Assembly (NCBI RefSeq): GCF_006345805.1
Contig: NC_042998.1
Location: 27,776,001 to 27,840,000 of the forward strand
Reading direction: 5' to 3'
DNA: 64,000 nucleotides
Origin: Octopus sinensis
Lineage: Eukaryota
The stretch's first letter is position 1; each line of letters opens with the position of its first letter. This document shows positions 25,832-37,203 of the stretch, in pieces. Below the pieces are notes generated by a model. It did not search any database, was not told where the DNA came from, and saw nothing but the letters and a program-made list of their open reading frames with translations. The translations under genes were made by a program, and so were the position numbers.

Positions 25832-27230
25832 TCAGGTGGAGGGGGAATCTCCACCTTTTCCTTTTCTCGCGGGATCGGAGCTGGTAATCCATGAAATATC
25901 GACGTTGTTAAAATCTAATCTCAATGAAGATACAGTCTTTCTGTACTTATTTTGTAGAATTCTATAAGTCTTATTTGAGACTTCATATATGTCGTAATTG
26001 ATAAATTCCTCTGAAAGGTTATCAATTTTTTTTACAGTTATGAGTTGAATGTCTCTCATGAGCTCAGTATCTTTAGTGTATACGGCTATTATGCCTTTTT
26101 CTCTTTTTATCTCTGGCAGTCTTTTTTGGTCGTTGTTCTGTAGTAGTCGCCGCTCTCGGCTGGGTTGCTGGCTGTATTTTTCTTTTGTTTGTTGTTTTTT
26201 CTCATCTGTTTCTTCTTTATCTTCTTCCTCTTTGTCTTTTTTCTCCTCTTCCTCCTCTTCTTCATTTTCCTTGCAGTTCCTTCGAATGTGGCCTAATTGA
26301 CCACATAAAAAACATCGAGGTTTTCGGCCCTCAACAAACACCACGAGGTTCTCCTCCCCTACCTCAATTGTCTCAGGAATTGTTTGAATTATTTTAGGGC
26401 CCGCTTGAATGAGAAGATTAATTGTTTTACCATCCCAGCGTGGGTTTTCCGTAGCGGTAGCCTGGAGGAGAGTAATTTTTTCTACCTCTTTGATTAGGAC
26501 TGCCGCCAACAACACATATGGTTCGACCCTGGCGGGACCCTTGTAATTTTTATTCGCGACGTCCTCATCCCCATATAATAGGGTATTAACTCCACGTCGT
26601 TCGTTTTCAACGTTTCCACTGAGTTCTTGTGTGCTATTTCTTTATTGGTGAACCTTACTTCCACCGTTCCGAATTTTTTTCCTCTTCTCAGAAATACTAC
26701 GTCGCCAATATTGGCTTTAAGCACTTTTCTATTTTCTCTTCTGACATTCTTTCAATTTTTCTATTTGTAGACAATATGTTTTGAAAATTATTGTTTTTTG
26801 CTTTTCTTCCTGTAATAACTTTTGCGGAGGTTCAATTTTCACACTGTTGTCATTTATTTCATCATTTTGCTGTATTTCATAATTTCGCTTTTATTCGTCG
26901 ACAGTATCTGGGTTCCACCCCCAGCAGCCAACGCAAAACTTTTTTCCATTTTTTGGTTCTATCTGGATGCTAGGCACATCAATTATTCTCTTCGACACAA
27001 TGCCTTTGTTCTCTGGCAAAGTCGGAAACTCTTCTGGTGAAAGTTCTGACGAGCTCTCAGACACATCTCCAAAAATATCAAATATATTTCCTCTTGCTAT
27101 TCCTTCTTGTAGCGGAGGAAACCCCTATTTCCTTGTCTGTAGTTGGCCCCTCGCCGGACATGTATTTCCTCCTCTCAACAGGAGAAACAAGTATTTCTGC
27201 TCCAACGGTAGGCTCCATGCTAGACGACAT
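25832..27230 (-). pseudogene. LINE ORF1 (gag-like, zinc knuckle), frameshifted
   Basis: RCFLCGQLGHIRRNC followed by an E/K-rich stretch; pieces 25832-26515 and 26494-26724. The start at ATG 27230 is tentative. Confidence 0.8.
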
Positions 27231-27402
27231 TCTTCCCCCCAAAGGGGGAATGAACAACGCGTGCTACCACAAGCACTAAGTGTTTTCAATTGAAAACTCC
27301 AACAGTTAAGTTATTCAACAGTTTAACAAGAAACAACAGTTGTTAACAATATTAACACCACGAAACAGCAATTCTTACTTCACGAACACATGCGCGGCAG
27401 CT

Positions 27403-27459
27403 GAAATACGGCTACGCATTTCGCCCGACGTGCTAACGATTTTGCCAGCTCGCCGCCTT
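27403..27459 (-). mobile_element. SINE B head upstream of the LINE (remainder of the target SINE)
   Basis: AAGGCGGCGAGCTGGCAAAATCGTTAGCACGTCGGGCGAAATGCGTAGCCGTATTTC on the minus strand. Confidence 0.9.
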
Positions 27460-28269
27460 AATACACATAAAGAAATTTAAGGTGGTGATCTGGCAGAATC
27501 GTTAGCACGCCGGGAAAAATGCTTAACGGCATTTCATGTGTGTACGTTCTGAGTTCAAATTCCGCCGAGATCAGCTTTACCCTTTAGCCTTTGGCGCACT
27601 GGGGTTGATGTAATCGACTTACCCACTTCTTCCAACTTGCTATCCTTTTGCCAAAATTTGAAACCAATAATGAAGAAATTTCTACATATGTAAACCACAT
27701 GTCGTATATGTAATGAAGTAAATGAAATCTCAAAGAATTTTGCAAAATATTACATATGAAAATATTTGAAAATATTTGAACGGTATACTTTTACCCAAAA
27801 TACCGAATACTCGAAAAGATATCACGAATAACTTATTGGAATCTCGGCGATTTAATGATAAATATTTAAAATATGATGATCATTGAAATAAAGCCAGCTT
27901 GTATTTTGATCTATCGTATAATATTGAATCTACGAGCGGCTCATTCATTGGAACACTTTACTCGAGCTACTGACTCCTTATGCTTTTGAAGCTTTTAATA
28001 TTTGAAGAAAAATCATGACTCTGCATATATGAATAATATATAAAAGTGAAACGAAGCCGATTGGTGTCTGGTACGTAATTTATCTGCGTATAAGTTTTAA
28101 AAAATGGATAAGTGGTCTGCATTGTTAGGAACCTACGTCACATGTGTCAGTAGTTTGAATAATGGAGGTCATTGCAAAACCGTGTATGTATTCACAGGAA
28201 CATCTATGATCTAATGATTAAGAGAACATCTTTGCTACAGTGAATATATTGCTTAAGATATAAAATTAC

Positions 28270-28674
28270 GGATCTTTTCGGTTTGAACGGCAGTTTTCTC
28301 TAGCGGTGTCATGATTATGACCTTAGTACCGATCTATTGCATTTCGATCTGTTTTAAGGTTAGGGTTAGTTAGGGTTAGGGGGAAGGGTATCTTTTTTTC
28401 TTCAGAAATGTAAATAAACCCAATCTGTTTCTTAAACGAGGGACATATTCATACGGCACAGAATGTTTTCACTTCAATAGACGTCATTGATTGGTTGAAA
28501 TTTCAGAAATTGAAGAAGAAAAAACAACAAATATCTTACAAACTATAGAATTTTCTCAATAAAGCTAAGAGAAAAAGATGTTTTATAAACACATTCTACC
28601 AGGATACGAAGTTTAAAAGTGTTTAGTTACGTGGAAATTATTTTAAAAAACTGCCGTTCAAGCCGAAAAGATCC
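28270..28674. mobile_element. MITE with 27-bp TIRs and an internal TTAGGG-like tract
   Basis: GGATCTTTTCGGTTTGAACGGCAGTTTT / AAAACTGCCGTTCAAGCCGAAAAGATCC; flanks AAAATTAC and GAAATTAC look like an 8-bp TSD. Confidence 0.85.
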
Positions 28675-29339
28675 GAAATTACTGTGTACAGAAAAAGAAA
28701 CATTTACCGCATCAAAGGAATCTTATTCAGCACACAAACAATAAAGATTAAATGGTAAAGTGAAAGAATGAGTTAACTTGAACGAGATGTCTATAAGAAT
28801 GTCAGCTACATAATGAAATTATCCGAAATGTTTTTGTAGTTTAAAAACAATTTAAAATTTAATGAAAAGAATCTTTTGAGAAATCTCAGTAAAATTTGTT
28901 CTAACTCGTTGCTTATCTATTTTCCTGATAATGTAGTAAGTCGCTCCATTATAGCGAACATACATCTTAAGTAGTAAACTAATACATGATGTTTGCAAGC
29001 AAGCCATCTTTATTAGCTCCATGAGGCCAGTAGCGTGGAGCGACTGACCTCCCTTGTTCAAAGGTTATATGGATACAGTTTGTGCATCAAATAGCTAACT
29101 TAAGGCGATGGCCTCATGGAGCTAATAAGCGGTCAGCTTTATTCTTATTTTTATAAGAATGCCATATTAGTATGGCGATAACTAATATTTTCCGGGAACG
29201 CTGCCGTTGTTCTCTTTTAGAGAGACTTAGTAATTTTAATTTTCTATTATTGAAAACAAGTGGATGTATTCCACCGAAGCTAGGTAAATAAAACCTTTGA
29301 ACAGAGATTGTCGGAAGCGACACCTACTGGTTTGGCTAC

Positions 29340-29381
29340 GCTGCATTGAAAAGGGGCAATACCCCGAAACGCGTCTGTAGC
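29340..29381 (+). ncRNA. Type I hammerhead ribozyme with U3-A8 core variant
   Basis: GCUGCA UUGAAAA GGGG-CAAUA-CCCC GAAA CGCG UC^ UGUAGC; cleavage after 29375. Confidence 0.8.
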
Positions 29382-29702
29382 TGCCGGCCAAGTAGTGTGG
29401 AGCGACTGACCTCCCTTGTTCAAAGGTTATATGGATACAGTTTGTGTATCAAATAGCTAACTTAAGGCGATGGCCTCATGGAGCTAATAAGCGGTCAGCT
29501 TTATTCTTATTTTTATAAGAATGCCATATTAGTATGGCGATAACTAATATTTTCCGGGAACGCTGCCGTTGTTCTCTTTTAGAGAGACTTAGTAATTTTA
29601 ATATTTCTATTATTGAAAACAAGTGGATGTATTCCACCGAAGCTAGGTAAATAAAACCTTTGAACAGAGATTGTCGGAAGCGACACCTACTGGTTTGGCT
29701 AC

Positions 29703-29743
29703 GCTGCATTGAAAAGGGGCAATACCCCGAACGCGTCTGTAGC
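29703..29743 (+). ncRNA. Second copy of the U3-A8 hammerhead, GAAA reduced to GAA
   Basis: Identical except CCCCGAACGCGTC (one A missing). Confidence 0.65.
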
Positions 29744-29901
29744 TGCCGGCCAAGTAGTGTGGAGCGACTGACCTCCCTTGTTCAAAGGTTATATGGATAC
29801 AGTTTGTGTATCAATAGCTAACTTAAGGCGATGGCCTCATGGAGCTAATAAGCGGTCAGCTTATTCTTATTTTTTATAATAATGCCATATTAGTATGGCG
29901 A

Positions 29902-29947
<46 letters not shown>

Positions 29948-30123
29948 CGTTTAAATATTTGTTGTGCAAGATTTTTTATGTGAAGTCGTGTGTTAAAACA
30001 GATATTGTTGTATTTAGGAATGGTCATTTTGCCAGTTTAGCCAATAAAAACACACGCACTATATATTTGGTGTTACTTTGCTCCAGTGTTATTTATTTTT
30101 TACATTAATCTTAATCTTATTTC

Positions 30124-30168
30124 GGCCAGAGTCCTTTCGTCACACTCCTGTGACCGCATCAGTGGTCC
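30124..30168 (-). ncRNA. Hammerhead-like motif with A9>C, in a Penelope-like fragment (about 29950-30360)
   Basis: GG-A-CCA CUGAUGC G GUCAC-AGGAGU-GUGAC GAAA G-GA-C UC^ UGG-CC. Confidence 0.6.
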
Positions 30169-30573
30169 TTTGTTTTCTTCTTACTTGTTTGTGTCTCTCC
30201 TTACTAACCGTCAGCCATTTTGTATTTCTATTGTATGTCTTCATTTGCGCATGCTTATATCTCTATGTGTGTTTATGTTTATTTAGTGTGTGTATGTGGG
30301 GGATGCCTGTAATATTTGTATCTTCTGTTTATATATGTTCATGTAATTTGTAATTTTATATGTTCATGTATATATAAATGGATGACTGAATTATCCTTTG
30401 TTTACCGTTAACATGGAAAATTCAATAAACAGTTACCAGGGTAGCAAACTTCACGCAAGTAACACGGATGAAGCGACCCATTCAAAGGTAGAAACTCCGG
30501 GTTAATGTGCAGTAATTTGTGTATTATAAGTAAATAAATGGAGTTGGACGAAGATGTTATTAAAATTCTTTTA

Positions 30574-30655
30574 CTTTCGACACGTGTTTCGAAGACAACA
30601 TGGTATTATTCCAAAGGAATAAACGGTGTAAAATGCAATCTTCTCATCAGGAAAG
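30574..30655 (-). ncRNA. Type I hammerhead ribozyme, canonical core, long stem II
   Basis: CUUUC CUGAUGA GAAGA...UCUUC GAAA CAC-GUG UC^ GAAAG. Confidence 0.85.
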
Positions 30656-31018
30656 AAAGAGAGCCTATCTCAACAACAACACACTTATAGAGCGATCTTA
30701 CAAATGTAAACAATAGCAGAAACATACCTTTAACTCATATAAGTGATTTCGCCAGTCTTTATAGTTTGAACAGTTAGTTTAACTTGCACTTTACTTCAAT
30801 AGAGAAATCTACTTCTTAGCCTTTGAACATTTTTTCAACCAACGTATCCCCCTTTATTTGTTCTCTGCTTATTATTTCTTTAACCCTTCTCCTCCTCCTA
30901 TCTGCCTTTGACGTCAAATCTACTAACGGTTTTTTTAAATACTTAATAACGTTATGTGTATCATTTTGGCAGTCATCGTAATTGTTATAATGCCTTGTTG
31001 TTGAGATAGGCTCCCTTT

Positions 31019-31100
31019 CTTTCTTGATGAGAAAATTGCATTTTACACCGTTTATTCCTTTGGAATAATACCATGTTGTCTTGGAAACATATGTCGAAAG
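31019..31100 (+). ncRNA. Decayed copy of the same hammerhead
   Basis: CUUUC UUGAUGA GAAAA...UCUUG GAAA CAU-AUG UC GAAAG: C3U with no A8 partner, and stem II base broken. Confidence 0.65.
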
Positions 31101-31436
31101 TAAAATAATGTTAATAACATTTTCGTTCAACTCCATTTATTTACTTATATATATATATAGTAGAAATATGTTACGAAAAGAAAATATAGAATACACGTGG
31201 AAATGTAAGGGTAAAATATGAAAAATCAACGAAAATGCATATTGCAAATAGTAAAAAGGCTATTTATGACAGGTAACGACAAATATAAACATTTAGATTG
31301 ACTGATGTAGTAATACGAGTCATAAAGGTCATTATTATGAGATGATTGTAAGATGATAATAAAGTAAGAGAACAAAACGAACCAATGGTTTACGCAATGC
31401 TATTCATTGTTTGAACATCACCGGTTAATATTTTAC

Positions 31437-31504
<68 letters not shown>

Positions 31505-31528
31505 CTTGAAGCTTTACATCAAGCATTT

Positions 31529-31562
<34 letters not shown>

Positions 31563-31586
31563 CTTGAAGCTTTACATCAAGCATTT

Positions 31587-31624
<38 letters not shown>

Positions 31625-31626
<2 letters not shown>

Positions 31627-31843
31627 TATTTACTCTTTTATTTGTTTCAGTCATTTGACTGTGGCCATGCTGCAGCACCATCCTTTAGTCGAGCAAATCA
31701 ACTCCAGGACTTATTCTTTGTAAGCCTTATTCTATCGGTCTCTTTTGCCGAACCGCTGAGTTACGAGGACGTAAACACACCAGCATCGGTTGTCAAGCGA
31801 TGTGTGTGTGTGTGTGGGGGGCAAACACAAACATATACGCGCG

Positions 31844-31875
<32 letters not shown>

Positions 31876-32045
31876 CATATATACGACGGGCTTCTTTCAA
31901 TTTCCGTCTACCAAATCCATTCACAAGGCTTTGGTCGGCCCGAGGCTATAGCAGAAGACACTTGCCCAAGGTGCTACGCAGTGGGACTGAACCAGGAACC
32001 ATGTGGTTCGTACGCAAGCTGCTTACCACACTGACACTCCTACGC
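31625..32045 (-). mobile_element. SINE family A
   Basis: Both halves present, with a short internal microsatellite. Confidence 0.88.
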
Positions 32046-32334
32046 CTATGTATATATACACACATACATACACGCACACGTATATTCTAGAGTGTCATTT
32101 GAACAAATATATGCTATAAGGTAAATAAAAATTATATGATTATTTGAAAAGTGTGATGGAATAATATTTTGTGAAGGATCTTAAGAACTTGAGTGTCTTC
32201 TCCGTTGAACCTCTTTAAGAGAATCCAATCTTAAAAGTGAGTGAGGGAGAGGAAGCGAGAGAGCATGATGAAATGTGTGCTTGTGCTGTATTAGTAATAA
32301 TTTAGTTTCCCTGCGTTAGACAATATTCATATAT

Positions 32335-32565
32335 ATTTCTTTACTACCCAGAAAGGGCTAAACACAGAGAGGACAAACAAGGACAGACAAACGGATTAAG
32401 TCGATTACATCGACCCCAGTGCGTAACTGGCACTTAATTTATCGACCCCGAAAGGATGAATGGCAAAGTCGACCTCGGCGGAATTTGAACCCAGAACGTA
32501 ACGGCAGACGAAATACGGCTACGCATTTCGCCCGGCGTGCTAACGTTTCTGCCAGCTCGCCGCCT
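32335..32565 (-). mobile_element. SINE B'
   Basis: Tail TTTCTTTACTACCCAGAAAGGGC through to the head GCCAGCTCGCCGCC. Confidence 0.88.
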
Positions 32566-32624
32566 GTTAGACAATTTTCATATAACCACAGTACATACTA
32601 ACCGGTGTGCCACTTTGCTTCACG

Positions 32625-32930
32625 TGAAGGCACGTTGCCTAGTGGTTAGAGCAGCGGCCTCGCGGTCGAGGGATCGCGGGTTCCAATCTCAGACCGGGCG
32701 ATGCGTGTGTTTATGAGCGAAACACCTAAGCTCCACGCGGCTCCGGCAGAAGGTAATGGCGAACTTCTGCTGATTCTTTCGCCACAACTTTCTCTCACTC
32801 TTTCTTCCTGCAACTAGCAGCTCACCTGCGACGGACCGGCGTCCCGTCCAGGTGGGGGAACCTATACGCCAAAGAAACCGGGGAAACTGGCCCTAATGAG
32901 CCAGGCATGGCTCGAGAAAAAACAAACAAC
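32625..32930 (+). mobile_element. SINE family C variant
   Basis: tRNA-like head GGCACGTTGCCTAGTGGTTAGAGCAGCGG...GGGTTCCAATCTC; ends AAACAAACAACAA. Confidence 0.8.
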
Positions 32931-33117
32931 AAACTTTGCTTCACGTCAGCCCTTGAATTGGGCGGAGATTTTGGACTGTACTGCCGCTAATCGACCCATG
33001 TTGACACATATGGACAGTGGATGAATTAACAGCAATACTTCACTTTATCATATCGACTTTATTTCCCATCTGCCAACTCACTGCCTTACTAACGATGATG
33101 ATAATAATAATACAAAG

Positions 33118-33648
33118 CAGGCGGCGAGCTGGCAGAAACGTTCGCATGCCGGGCGAAATACTAAGCGGTTGCCTTTCATCCTATCGGGGTCGATTAAATA
33201 AGTACCAGTTATGCACTGGGGTCGATGTAATCGACTTAATCCGTTTGTCTGTCCTTGTTTGTCCTCTGTTTAGCCCCTTGTGGGTAGTAAAGAAATAGGT
33301 ATTTCGTCTGTCTTTACGTTTTGAGCTCAAATTCTGCCGAGGTCGACTTTGCCTTTCATTCTTTCGGGGTCTATAAATTAAGTACCAGATATTCACTGGG
33401 GTCGATGTAATCGACTTAATCCGTTTGTCTGTCCTTGTTTGTCCTCTGTTTGTTTAGCCCCTTGTGTGTCGTAAAGAAATAGGTATTTCGTCTGTCTTTA
33501 CGTTTTGAGCTCAAATTCCGCCGAGGTCGACTTTGCCTTTCATTCTTTCGGGGTCTATGAATCAAGTACCAGTTGCGTACTGGGGCGGATCTAATCGACT
33601 GGCCCCCTCCTCCAAAATTTCGGGCCTTGTGTCTAGAGTAGAAAAGAA
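33118..33648 (+). mobile_element. SINE B/B' tandem array
   Basis: Two AAAGAAATAG|GTATTTCGTC junctions, then the terminal B end GTCTAGAGTAGAAAAG. Confidence 0.88.
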
Positions 33649-36150
33649 TAATAATACAAAGTAAAATTTACGATAAAAAAAATAACGATTCACGTAAGTA
33701 ACTTGAAATTACTTTTGGGAAAACGATAAACTCTTCTATAGAAATACCATTTAAATGCTAACATATAATATGTATAAGTAACCATAAGGGTGAATATATG
33801 TTTAAAAATTGTTTTACTTCTTCGCAGTCATGACTCTCCAGTTTCTTTTGTATGAATGCTTTTTTGCCCAGCAAGTTGAAAAGGTATTCATTTACTCCTT
33901 GACAGCATTAAGACTGCATCGGAATTGATATATTGGTTTCAAGATAAAACCATTGCATGATAGTTTCATGGTTATTCTTCTGAAATTAATATAAGCAATA
34001 TCGGTAGATTAAAAGCAAGTGAAATGGAAATTGTGATAGCACGATTCAAAGTTTAAAACGTAGTTTGTATCCAAGTACTGAAAAAATATTCTTCTGAATG
34101 TTATTCGAAATGGTTTTTTATTGTCGTCGATTATTACAATAGCATTTCAGTATTATGAACTTGACTAATTTAGTATGAATTTATTAAACATTGTGTATAT
34201 TAAAAGTATTTGTTACCTAGATAGAAGCTCATGCAAATATTGCTGATAAAAATGAGTTAATACTATATATTTCTTTATGTAAATATAAATGTATATTGAA
34301 ACGAATATTTCTGTGCAAATCCACGTCACGCCAAAAAGATTAAATTCCATATTTTTTGCTTCTAGTCCGAATGACTTGGTACTTCTATATTCATTTGAAA
34401 CACGCCCGATTTAGCAACTTTATTGAAATATTTTATCCTATTAAATGAACTTTTATTGGTTCAGGCTTTTCCATACTTTAGAAATGCATCTTTTTTATCA
34501 ACTAATCCGTTGAATGTATAAGTTAGGCGTTCTTTAAGTCGGTAACACATTTGGTTGTTTTCTTATCTTTAAAACAACCTAAAAATTGCATGTAGAACAC
34601 TTCAATGTTTTGCTTAATGTTATAGATAAAAAGATATTCTTACACAGAAAAATAGAACGATGGGAAAATCGATTTTTGTGAACTATTTTGGTTTCTGACA
34701 AAGATTTTTTAAAAAGAAACAACTGCTTTTATAGCTTTTCTCCAGCAGAGAAGTATAGCAACGTGGTTACAAAGATATTTCCTCAAGTAAGGAACATTAA
34801 TCCTGAAATCCTTCTTACTGAGAGCCGTTGTATATTGAATGAGGATATCTAATCGATTTATTTTCGGAAAGTAATGCGAACTTTTCTAGAATATATTTCC
34901 ACAAATAATTTAATTTCATATGCTATGAAAACATTAACGTGTGTTTTCATTATAGTAATAACCGTATTAATAAAATTCGATCGCTATGTTTGGTTTAACG
35001 TAGATGCAATTTTACGAAACACAATATTTACGTCTTTTATATCAGGATATATAGGAAATATTATAACTTTATTACGCACTTCAGTGTATCATTAACACGT
35101 GAGAAGTAAAACGGATCCTGAAAGATATCTATGCTTGTCAGTAGCTTACTTCTTTTTGTGCGATTTTCATTCTTGCATAAATTAACAAATATTTGTCGTC
35201 TAAAGATAAAGTGTACATATTTTGGGAAGGATGTTGCGAAGTTTATACCATTTTCAAAAACATTAACTTAGTGTCATTATTAAACAAAAAAGCTTTTTCC
35301 GTGTATTGATATCGATTTGTGAATTTGCCCTCTTATACACAACCGCCTATACTGTTATTTTACTTGTCACCACGTGTATTCGGATATTAGATTTTCAAAA
35401 AGACTTATTTTTATGTTTTCATACATTAACACAAAACCAACGCTTTGGTACAAAAAATCCATATTCTACTGAATTGACTCCATTATACTTGGTCCGAATG
35501 CCTATAATTTCTACTCCACATATTTTCTGCATTGTATTTGTGTTATATTTTATTACTACATATTAAATTGTTGCACATCTTTCGATTTATTTAAAAAAAA
35601 ACTATTTATTCATGTACATGTATTTTACTATTTACTCAGAACACATCTTGCTATTAATTATTTGCTTGTTGCATCAAATTACGTTGCTTAAACGCTTTTG
35701 ATAATAGAAAAAGATCACTCCCTTTTAAGCTATCCTTTCGATCTCAGAAGACATGAACAACTCGTGAGAAACATCAAGAACCCGCCTAAGGTTACATAGC
35801 AAATTAATAATTGGAGATAAACCTAGAATACAACATAAGCGAACAGGATAAGAAAGAAAATACACGCAGAGTGAGAGGAGTGAGCAAATTTTTGCTGGTT
35901 ATTTCGGACAATGTCTATCTGTAATTCCTAGTGTGACACGAACTTATCAGAACAATACATGTATGAAAACATCACAAGATAGTTGATGCAGTCTATTCTT
36001 TACAGGTAATTTTATCTAGTTTTGTCAAATATTTCTCTGAAGAGATTCGTACCCATGAATATGAATTTTTATAAATTCATTATTGGGTGTGAATCACAAC
36101 AATTTATAGCATTAATATTTGTACTTCTATATTATACTATTTTATATTTC

Positions 36151-36390
36151 AGCTCTATATTTAAGAGATGAGGTATTATGTACGTTATTTACCTTATTTA
36201 CATTTGACGGACATATGGCGTAGTAGTTAAGAGCGTGGGCTCCTGATTCCGAGTTCGATTGTAAGTAGTGACCGGAATAATAATAATAATAACTTCGAAA
36301 AAAGACTATAGGAATGAGAACTCAGGTGCGAAATTTCCCCCAGACACCTGACGAGATGAGGACAAATATCCATCAAATATAAATAATGTA
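36151..36390 (+). mobile_element. tRNA-headed Penelope-like element with an inverted 3' tail and a deleted HHR
   Basis: Inverted tail 36151-36213; head GTAGTTAAGAGCGTGGGCTCC; CAGACACCTGACGA joined directly to GATGAGGACAAATATCC. Homologous to 60320-60602. Confidence 0.7.
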
Positions 36391-36998
36391 TATTATATTT
36401 ATTGTAGTATTGATAAATTAAATTTAAAATATGTCAATCGTAAATTTTCTCCATTTTCTCTTAATTTTTGTATATTAAATATATACCCCGCTTTTTGGTT
36501 GTGAAAAGATTTTCTTTACCATATTGTGTATTTACTGAAAAACCGGTGAAAAATTGGAAGTTTTCCCATCCCTATAAAGGAAACTGTTTTCACTTGTATT
36601 GATTATATATATAGGCACATACTTTATACTCACACACACATACATACACGTCTGCATTAGTGTACGTCTGCAAAGTAAAATATACTGAAATGAAGTGTCT
36701 ATTTGAAAGATGCTTTGACACATCATTACCATAACTATAGTGAAGTTTTCAAGATAGTTATCTCAAGATAGTTCTAAAAAAAAATTAGAAATGTCAACAG
36801 GTTTACAGTGTTTAGTATTCAGAGGATAGATATTCTGGTCTCGAATGTAAGATTAAGAGATATAAGTAAATATATTGATGCAGAATGAAAGAAGAATGTA
36901 TGAAAGCGAGAAAGAGATAGGGTGAAAACTTTAAGGAAAAGTATCTCAACAGGATGGGCCCTAAACCTATTCGTGGCCATTTTAATCTTTCGAATAAT

Positions 36999-37160
36999 AG
37001 GTGCAGGCGTGGCTTTATGGTAAGAAGCTTGCTTCCGAGCCACATGGTTCTGGGTTCAGTCTCACTGTTTGGGATATTGTGCAAGTATCTTCTGCTATAG
37101 CTTCAAACCGACCAAAAACATTGTGAGTGGATTTGGTCGATTGAAACTGAAAAAAGCCCG

Positions 37161-37203
<43 letters not shown>

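Larger units (their letters stand above)
22082..27402 (-). mobile_element. Full-length Tx1/L1-clade non-LTR retrotransposon (about 5.3 kb), inactivated by frameshifts
   Basis: ORF1 with a CCHC zinc knuckle, ORF2 with APE and RT; 8-bp TSD GAAATACG at 22074-22081 and 27403-27410. Confidence 0.93.
29010..29906 (+). mobile_element. 362-bp tandem array (about 2.4 monomers) carrying a hammerhead; retrozyme-like
   Basis: GTGGAGCGACTGACC at 29035, 29397 and 29759; 20-bp inverted 5' end; 3' end runs into (TA)n. Confidence 0.92.
30525..31150. mobile_element. Inverted pair of about 155-bp HHR-bearing repeats around a 315-bp spacer (Penelope-like inverted pLTR)
   Basis: 30525-30679 mirrors 30995-31150. 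Confidence 0.88.

Noticed and set aside
22456-26397. Plus-strand ORFs overlapping the LINE
   Set aside because: Antisense shadows of the GC-richer LINE coding region, with no independent motifs.
31501-31590. Duplicated 30-mer TTCCTTGAAGCTTTACATCAAGCATTTTGA between (TA)n tracts
   Set aside because: Most simply microsatellite-associated slippage or an assembly stutter.
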